Below, in pieces: positions 58,478 to 64,000 of a stretch of DNA of 64,000 nt (the stretch's first letter is position 1; every line of letters begins with the position of its first letter). Under the pieces are notes generated by a model that searched no databases, had not been told where the DNA came from, and saw only the letters and a list, made by a program, of their open reading frames with translations. The stretch is from a virus (lineage: Duplodnaviria; Caudoviricetes). The stretch is from positions 64,001 through 128,000 of IMG/VR virus record IMGVR_UViG_3300023048_000002. One strand, given 5' to 3'. The position numbers and the translations under genes were made by a program.

Positions 58478-58551
58478 TGGTAGTTCCTAACAGAATTGAA
58501 CTGTTGTCATTGCCATGTAAAAGCAAGGTTTTTCCATTAAACTAAGGAACC
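58478..58551 (-). tRNA. tRNA-Val(TAC)
   Basis: TTGCT TTTACAT GGCAA. Confidence 0.85.
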
Positions 58552-58557
58552 ATAATC

Positions 58558-58632
58558 TGGTACATCGTGAGGGATTCGAACCCCCGACAATTTGCGAGTC
58601 ATGCAAACACTCTACCGCTGAGCTAACGATGC
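58558..58632 (-). tRNA. tRNA-Val(GAC)
   Basis: TTTGC ATGACTC GCAAA. Confidence 0.85.
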
Positions 58633-58640
58633 ATAATCTT

Positions 58641-58862
58641 CTATTTATTGTCAGTGGGGGAAATTCCCATAGACTTTATTAATCGTCTAGCCCATTTAAT
58701 TGGTGATGTTACACTATTTTGACGATTTAATTTTTCTTGAGATTCTTGAGATTCTTGAACCATCAAAGCAAGACCTAATAGTTCAGCACGCCTTGGATGA
58801 AGTTTCTCACCCTTAATGTTGTCTATTACTTCTTCTATAGTAAGAAGTGAGTTCGTTTTCAT
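58641..58862 (-). CDS. hypothetical protein
   Basis: 73 aa. Confidence 0.5.
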   Translation of the reverse strand: MKTNSLLTIEEVIDNIKGEKLHPRRAELLGLALMVQESQESQEKLNRQNSVTSPIKWARRLIKSMGISPTDNK

Positions 58863-59113
58863 AGTAATTGGTTCTTAGCTGTGTTGTAAGTTAGTTCTTG
58901 AACAACTAATCCACCATCTTCATCATCATGGGCTAGAACCTTAATACCAAATTCTTCAAACCCTGCTCTTACACCATTTGTGATTTGTTTTTCAATTCCA
59001 TCAAAATCATGGAAGTTACCAAATGGAGTATACTCTTTAACAGACTTGTGTACAAACTTTTCCTTGCCGCACCAAAGTTTCTTAATCTTATTTTTATCTT
59101 TAGTCTTTAGCAT
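58859..59113 (-). CDS. hypothetical protein
   Basis: 84 aa. Confidence 0.55.
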   Translation of the reverse strand: MLKTKDKNKIKKLWCGKEKFVHKSVKEYTPFGNFHDFDGIEKQITNGVRAGFEEFGIKVLAHDDEDGGLVVQELTYNTAKNQLL

Positions 59114-59279
59114 AATTTTCTTCCATGGTCTTGAGTTCTTCTTTCAAAGTTTCCCAATACCTTTTACTCTGACTGTACCAACGGCTAGTACCATTTTCTC
59201 TCAGAATTCTTTCATGGTTATCTATCTGATCTTTCTTTTTGGCAATCAATAATGCCAATTCTTCTTTGTCATTTATCAT
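59100..59279 (-). CDS. 59 aa hypothetical protein (not in ORF track)
   Basis: MINDKEELALL...EENYAKD; overlaps next start; TTGACA promoter upstream. Confidence 0.55.
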   Translation of the reverse strand: MINDKEELALLIAKKKDQIDNHERILRENGTSRWYSQSKRYWETLKEELKTMEENYAKD

Positions 59280-59319
59280 GCCAATAAATTAACATCTTAT
59301 TTTATATCTGTCAATAGGT

Positions 59320-60258
59320 TTATTTTGGTGCTGGCTCATCTTCATCGCGTGATCTAAAGTAATCTTTCAGTTCATCTCGGAGACTGATATATCTATCTGA
59401 ACCATCATCAACAAGATAATTTAATCCCTGCCAATCTTTTCTAAGGTCAGTATAAGGATTGTACTGGTTATCTACCAATATCTTCCATCTTGTTCCGTAT
59501 GAGCGGTTGCTCTTCTTTCCATGATAGTTATGAATAAGAAGACCATGAACATATCCAATATTTCTACGAAGCTTCTTGGCTTTCTCACCCCATTCAACGA
59601 GAGCATTAATATATTCAGGAGAGCAAGGATAACTAACAGAACGACGAATGTCATCCATAAATCCACATGCCATCTGAAAATCACCTGATCCAACAATTGA
59701 GAAGTCGATCAATCCATCAATCACTTCCATAGCATGGCGAGTTGCTGCCCATGCATAACCACAATGACCTGAATGCTTGTTGTAGTCGTTAAGGATAACA
59801 CCGGTCTTATGATACTGGTAAACCATTCCCTTCATAGGAATAGAACCATTAGATGTAATGCGGTTAAAGTTATCATCAATATCAATTGTCTCGCTGAACA
59901 ACTGCACGACTTGGTAATGATGAAGTTGATGAATTGTTTCCTTCACCCAATCTGGACGAGCGAATAATACATCAGCATCAATCCATGCAACATATTCCCA
60001 ATCTTCAGGAAGATGCTGTAAGCCAATGTTAATGAGATTTTCTTTGTTCCAAAGTTCATTCTTTGTTCTTACCTGAACATGATGTGGATTATCTTTATGT
60101 GTAACCTCATAAGGCCTGTCAGCAAATGCTGCTTCTACGGTAATGAGTGTTGCACCAGCAGCATGAATTCTTTCAGCGAATTCACGATAAAGTTTGTATC
60201 TGCTACGGTATCTAAGGGGATTTGAAACAACAGTTATTACGTATAGTGTATTTTTCAT
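59320..60258 (-). CDS. GT-A fold glycosyltransferase-like protein
   Basis: WNKENLIN, WIDADV (DxD), GYAWA, GSGD, HNYHG. Confidence 0.75.
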   Translation of the reverse strand: MKNTLYVITVVSNPLRYRSRYKLYREFAERIHAAGATLITVEAAFADRPYEVTHKDNPHHVQVRTKNELWNKENLINIGLQHLPEDWEYVAWIDADVLFARPDWVKETIHQLHHYQVVQLFSETIDIDDNFNRITSNGSIPMKGMVYQYHKTGVILNDYNKHSGHCGYAWAATRHAMEVIDGLIDFSIVGSGDFQMACGFMDDIRRSVSYPCSPEYINALVEWGEKAKKLRRNIGYVHGLLIHNYHGKKSNRSYGTRWKILVDNQYNPYTDLRKDWQGLNYLVDDGSDRYISLRDELKDYFRSRDEDEPAPK

Positions 60259-60451
60259 TTTATAATCAGAAGGCTATTAATATTTTACGAAATTCCTTTA
60301 TGGCACCCAAAAAATACGTAAGAAATAGCGTATTTTCGTGAGATTCTACTCCACCAAACAGAAAAGCCAGACAAAAGTCTGGCCGATTATGTACTTAATT
60401 ATTTATGTATAGTGTCAATTTTCTGACTGTAGATTTTTGAGAAATTTCGTA

Positions 60452-60733
60452 TTATTGCCTGTTAAACATGATGACTTCTTTGCCGCCATATTCCTTTCTG
60501 ATCCTAGTTATTCCAAGATCATCAAAGCTACATATCCAGTCTGAATCTTTGGATGGTGTACTACCAATCTGATGCTGATGAAACCTATACTCACCATTGG
60601 TCAATTTAGATTCAACATAATCCCTATCCTTTGGTTCCTTATAGAGGCCACCACTTCTAGCCATGTCAAGAAGATAGTCAAAGAATTTTTGACGTAGTTC
60701 ATAATTTTCAGTGATTATATTCTTGAGTCTCAT
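60452..60733 (-). CDS. hypothetical protein, possible head-internal protein
   Basis: MRLKNIITE leader. Confidence 0.55.
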   Translation of the reverse strand: MRLKNIITENYELRQKFFDYLLDMARSGGLYKEPKDRDYVESKLTNGEYRFHQHQIGSTPSKDSDWICSFDDLGITRIRKEYGGKEVIMFNRQ

Positions 60734-60749
60734 ATGAATCCATTTTAGA

Positions 60750-61256
60750 TTATTTATTTAATAGATTGCTAATCTCATCAAACCTATCATCAACACCAAG
60801 CCTCTTTAGCCAATTATTAAAATATTCATTAAGCTCATCTGATCGAGGATGTGTTCCATCATGATAGATTAAGAAATCTTTATAATTTTGAATCTTATCT
60901 GCAATCAACATGTTATTGACTTCATCCATAGGACTCAAGGCAATCTCTTCAATACTTTCTATCTTTCTATGACTAAGATATTGATTTGCAATGTTTCGAT
61001 ATTCCATGGTTAACATAGCGACATATGGGTCAACCTTATTAATGAATCCATAGTTCTTTGAGAAGTCTTCGTCAGCCTGAAATAATGGATGGAGGCAGAA
61101 TGCTCTCTTTGCATCTGATCCCGCATGAATCATCTCTAAAACAGAAATGCCTTCATCAATATGATTCATTAAAGCTACACCACTACGTTTAGCAGTACGA
61201 TCACCATAGAACTGTTTAATCCATTGGTACTCATTTGTATACTTAGTATATTCCAT
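60750..61256 (-). CDS. HD-fold (SpoT/MESH1-like) protein, degenerate
   Basis: KRSGVALMNHI...CLHPLFQ...LIADKIQN. Confidence 0.55.
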   Translation of the reverse strand: MEYTKYTNEYQWIKQFYGDRTAKRSGVALMNHIDEGISVLEMIHAGSDAKRAFCLHPLFQADEDFSKNYGFINKVDPYVAMLTMEYRNIANQYLSHRKIESIEEIALSPMDEVNNMLIADKIQNYKDFLIYHDGTHPRSDELNEYFNNWLKRLGVDDRFDEISNLLNK

Positions 61257-61734
61257 TTAAAAATTCCGTAGGGTCAATAAGTGATTCTGGCATGGGATCG
61301 TTATGATACCACCATACTGTCTTAGTTGTGCCAGCTTTATGTATTTCAAAATGTAACATACACGTAGGTGTAACACCTTTATCCTTTTTCAGGACTTGCT
61401 TAATGTTTCCTATATGATCACCAACCTTAACTGGATGACCAACAGTTACGCCATCAAGTATGTCTATTTCACCGTAAACGAGGACACCAGACGATCCCTC
61501 TACAAGGAGTGCCCAAGTATCGTTCCACCATGGGGAATCCGCGTGTGAGCCTGTGAAGGCTTCTATGGCTACAACAATTCCATCTTCGATAGCCATAACT
61601 AGGTCACCATCATTACAATAAATGTCGATACCAGTGTGTGTATCAAATCTGCGAATGGAGCCGAATGCACCGGGATCACCTACAGTAGGGATTGGGTGTG
61701 TGTTAGTTACTGGTTTCATGATTATCGTATTCAA
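61243..61734 (-). CDS. M23 peptidase-like protein
   Basis: HTGID, AIEDGIV, VKVGDHIG, MLHFE. Confidence 0.8.
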   Translation of the reverse strand: MNTIIMKPVTNTHPIPTVGDPGAFGSIRRFDTHTGIDIYCNDGDLVMAIEDGIVVAIEAFTGSHADSPWWNDTWALLVEGSSGVLVYGEIDILDGVTVGHPVKVGDHIGNIKQVLKKDKGVTPTCMLHFEIHKAGTTKTVWWYHNDPMPESLIDPTEFLNGIY

Positions 61735-62041
61735 AGATTCTTACTTCGTAAGATTGGTTACTAACATCACGGCGAAGAAGTGCAAGACTGATCGAAAAAT
61801 TACCAAGATTGAATTCATGGATTTCAGTGAAGTGGGTGTCCATCATACCTGCTGGTTCACCACCGTGCTTTCTGGCGGCTGCGATTCTCTGGTAAGTGCT
61901 TCTACCAATCGATCCTTTCATGATCACAACATCGATTCCCATTTCATCGAAAATCTTATTGATGATTTTCATATGGACATCTGGAATCTCCATTGGGATT
62001 CGTGGATCACTGTAACCTTGATTCCAATCTGGCTTGTTCAT
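61703..62041 (-). CDS. hypothetical protein
   Basis: 112 aa. Confidence 0.55.
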   Translation of the reverse strand: MNKPDWNQGYSDPRIPMEIPDVHMKIINKIFDEMGIDVVIMKGSIGRSTYQRIAAARKHGGEPAGMMDTHFTEIHEFNLGNFSISLALLRRDVSNQSYEVRIFEYDNHETSN

Positions 62042-62097
62042 CTTTAAAATTCTCTTAAATGAAAAAAACTCTTAGGATATCCTAAGAGTTTTAGTGT

Positions 62098-62172
62098 TGG
62101 GGACCACGGAGAGGATCGAACTCTCTTATTCTGATTCACAGTCAGATACATTACCATTATGATACGTGGAAC
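62098..62172 (-). tRNA. tRNA-His(GTG)
   Basis: G-1:C73, TCTGA CTGTGAA TCAGA; mismatches at the top of the acceptor stem. Confidence 0.8.
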
Positions 62173-62180
62173 ATATAACT

Positions 62181-62272
62181 TGGTGGTTCCTGTAGGATTC
62201 GGACCTACATCGTTCGGTTATCTGCCGATCATGTCTTATAAGGACACCGCACTACCATTGTGCTAAGGAACC
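62181..62272 (-). tRNA. tRNA-Ile(TAT) with extra GAT anticodon-like arm
   Basis: GTGTC CTTATAA GACAT then TCGG CAGATAA CCGA. Confidence 0.8.
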
Positions 62273-62277
62273 GTAAT

Positions 62278-62354
62278 TGGGAGTCGGTAGTAGGTAACGA
62301 ACCTACATCTGCAACTACTACCGCTGCATGTTCTACAATTGAACTACACCTATC
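62278..62354 (-). ncRNA. degenerate tRNA-like RNA
   Basis: D and T arms and CCA present; mismatched acceptor; loop GGTAGTA. Confidence 0.55.
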
Positions 62355-62361
62355 ATAAAAA

Positions 62362-62438
62362 TGGCTCTTCGGGTGAGATTCGAACTCACGATCCTCTGAT
62401 TAACAGTCAGATGCATTAGGCCGCTATGCTACCGAAGA
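62362..62438 (-). tRNA. tRNA-Asn(GTT)
   Basis: TCTGA CTGTTAA TCAGA, G73. Confidence 0.92.
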
Positions 62439-62444
62439 ATAAAC

Positions 62445-62520
62445 TGGCGATCCGGGTGGGGCACGATCCCACGACCCCAAAATTAACAATTTTGTGCTCT
62501 ACCAACTGAGCTACCGAATC
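62445..62520 (-). tRNA. tRNA-Asn(GTT), second copy
   Basis: CAAAA TTGTTAA TTTTG; atypical T loop ATCGTGC. Confidence 0.8.
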
Positions 62521-62527
62521 ATAAAAC

Positions 62528-62619
62528 TGGTGGATGTGACAGGATTTTCGCCTGTACTACTGCGGCAGGTTGCGTCATCGGCTTCCTGACGTAGTGTCTT
62601 AAACTTAACTTACACACCC
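62528..62619 (-). ncRNA. tRNA-like RNA with Ala acceptor identity and no anticodon loop
   Basis: GGGTGTG/CACATCC-A-CCA (G3-U70); ~35 nt irregular helix. Confidence 0.65.
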
Positions 62620-62635
62620 ATAACTATTTGTGGAA

Positions 62636-62768
62636 TGGTTGGAATGGTTGGAATTGAACCAACATCACTGGCCTATAAGATCGAATCGTTGTCATTTGAC
62701 CGCCTAAGCGTCTACCTAAGTAGAAACGATCTTTTGCCTAGCGCTCTACCTATTGAGCTACTATTCCA
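62636..62768 (-). ncRNA. tRNA scaffold carrying a four-way junction in place of the anticodon loop
   Basis: D arm GCTC AATAGGTA GAGC, T arm GTTGG TTCAATT CCAAC, ACCA end. Confidence 0.75.
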
Positions 62769-62780
62769 TAAAACTAAATC

Positions 62781-62855
62781 TGGCAGAGCTAACGGGAATC
62801 GGACCCGTTTCTTATCCGTGACAGGGATAAATAATAACCAATATACCATAGCTCT
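62781..62855 (-). tRNA. tRNA-Asp(GTC)
   Basis: TATCC CTGTCAC GGATA, G73. Confidence 0.85.
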
Positions 62856-62864
62856 GTAAAACTT

Positions 62865-63080
62865 TTAATCTTTCTTAATCCAAGCTAACTTAAGATGTGA
62901 AACTGGCTTATAGCCTGCATCAATTAACTCTTGTTCAGTTGGCCCATTCTTTGCAGCTTCAATATAGTCTTGCAAAGGTTTAGGGTCCATAGACTGAACA
63001 CTTAGTAATTCTTCAGCAAACTTTCGTGGAATATCTATACGAAGCTGTTTGATCAATTCTTTACGTTCTTCTTTTGTCAT
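62865..63080 (-). CDS. hypothetical protein
   Basis: 71 aa between tRNAs. Confidence 0.55.
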   Translation of the reverse strand: MTKEERKELIKQLRIDIPRKFAEELLSVQSMDPKPLQDYIEAAKNGPTEQELIDAGYKPVSHLKLAWIKKD

Positions 63081-63094
63081 ATTTTTCTCTAAAT

Positions 63095-63179
63095 TGGTGG
63101 GACGCGCAGGAGTCGAACCTGCCTAGAACTTTCGTTCGCTGATTAAGAGTCAGATGCACAACCGCTATGCCAGCGTCCC
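63095..63179 (-). tRNA. tRNA-Lys(CTT) with long variable arm
   Basis: CTCTTAA loop; V arm GAAC GAAA GTTC. Confidence 0.82.
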
Positions 63180-63184
63180 AAATT

Positions 63185-63259
63185 TGGCGGAACATACGGG
63201 GATCGAACCCGTCTCAGCGCATAGACAGTGCGCCAGCCTCACCAGATGCTTCATGCTCC
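63185..63259 (-). tRNA. tRNA-Asp(GTC), second copy
   Basis: GCGCA CTGTCTA TGCGC. Confidence 0.88.
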
Positions 63260-63260
63260 A

Positions 63261-63452
63261 TTAAAAATTTTTCTTCTTAAGTTGATCTAACTTTCGCTGA
63301 CCAACATTACTTAATGAATTAAGAATTTCTTTATCAATTTCATGTAAAACAGCATCTACGATATGTCGAGTGCCTTTCTTTAATTGTTCTTCGGTGAACA
63401 TTGGATACTTTTTTGCCAATTGATCTATTTCTTCAAATGTTATTTCAAACAT
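63261..63452 (-). CDS. hypothetical protein
   Basis: 63 aa, SD AAGGA. Confidence 0.55.
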   Translation of the reverse strand: MFEITFEEIDQLAKKYPMFTEEQLKKGTRHIVDAVLHEIDKEILNSLSNVGQRKLDQLKKKNF

Positions 63453-63468
63453 TTTTTATCCTTTAATG

Positions 63469-63545
63469 TGGTGGTTCCTATAGGTTTCGCACCTATGACC
63501 TCACGGTTATCAGCCATGCGCTCTAACTATCTGAGCTAAGGAACC
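63469..63545 (-). tRNA. tRNA-Ile(GAT)
   Basis: CATGG CTGATAA CCGTG. Confidence 0.88.
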
Positions 63546-63554
63546 ATTTAAAAC

Positions 63555-63640
63555 TGGTGTAAGCGGTTGGATTCGAACCAACGTTTCCGCTAGGAGGCAG
63601 ATTTACAGTCTGCTGGCATAAACCACTCGCCCACGCTTAC
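63555..63640 (-). tRNA. tRNA-Tyr(GTA)
   Basis: GCAGA CTGTAAA TCTGC, long V arm. Confidence 0.92.
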
Positions 63641-63648
63641 ATAATTAT

Positions 63649-63873
63649 TTAATCTAAATCACAGTCGCTAATTTTATTATCTTTCATTAGATTCTTCAAA
63701 GCTTCAATCATCGGTTTATCGATATCTGCCTGAGTTACACCAATCTTGGCGAACTCTATCATGATTTCTTCTTTTAAGATTCTAGCTAATTCATCTTCTA
63801 CATCAATTCCTAATTCAGTTAAACGTTGAATATCTTCATCTGAAATTTTCTTATCTGACATAGTACTTTCCAT
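63649..63873 (-). CDS. hypothetical protein
   Basis: 74 aa. Confidence 0.5.
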   Translation of the reverse strand: MESTMSDKKISDEDIQRLTELGIDVEDELARILKEEIMIEFAKIGVTQADIDKPMIEALKNLMKDNKISDCDLD

Positions 63874-63923
63874 TTTTTATCATGATATCGAGCTATAAGC
63901 TGGTTGTCAATGATAATTTGAAT

Positions 63924-63999
63924 TGGTGAAGTCGATTGGAATCGAACCAACGACGCGAACCTTTTCAGGGTTCCGCTCTACCAACTGAGCTACGACTTC
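63924..63999 (-). tRNA. tRNA-Phe(GAA)
   Basis: GAACC CTGAAAA GGTTC. Confidence 0.92.
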
Positions 64000-64000
64000 A

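Noticed and set aside
62660-62740. Group I or archaeal-type tRNA intron
   Set aside because: Too short for group I, no clear bulge-helix-bulge, and no obvious excision restores a canonical anticodon loop
62635-62859. Plus-strand ORFs over tRNA genes (also 44092-44277)
   Set aside because: Antisense to clear tRNA structures

Overview
AT-rich segment of a large T4-related (jumbo) myophage genome, mostly encoded on the minus strand. 1-38.5 kb holds core genes: PT-linker fibre proteins (two ending in Hint domains), a DnaE-type polymerase split into two genes about 10 kb apart, clamp loader, GroES, UvsW/UvsY/UvsX, gp32, large and small terminase, a T5-A1-like phosphoesterase, gp41 helicase, enlarged neck proteins, lysozyme, major capsid and scaffold. 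Many of these genes have TAAATA late promoters. 38.5-64 kb is accessory: kinase, Acb2, phosphatase, two ATP-grasp proteins, porin, YgiB/YgiC, vWA, HNH, MazG, an ACP fusion, WGR-PARP, TelA, ClpP, glycosyltransferase and M23 peptidase, interspersed with 25 readable tRNAs and 4 aberrant tRNA-like RNAs. The most novel signals are: (1) tRNA scaffolds with re-engineered anticodon or variable arms, including a tRNA-Ile(UAU) with a second GAU anticodon-like arm and a tRNA whose anticodon loop is replaced by a perfect four-way junction; (2) a fibre cassette whose Hint domain splits a Cys-rich module that is encoded intact by the adjacent unannotated ORF; (3) a leader-peptide translational attenuator. 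All family calls are from motif recognition by eye; no searches were run.
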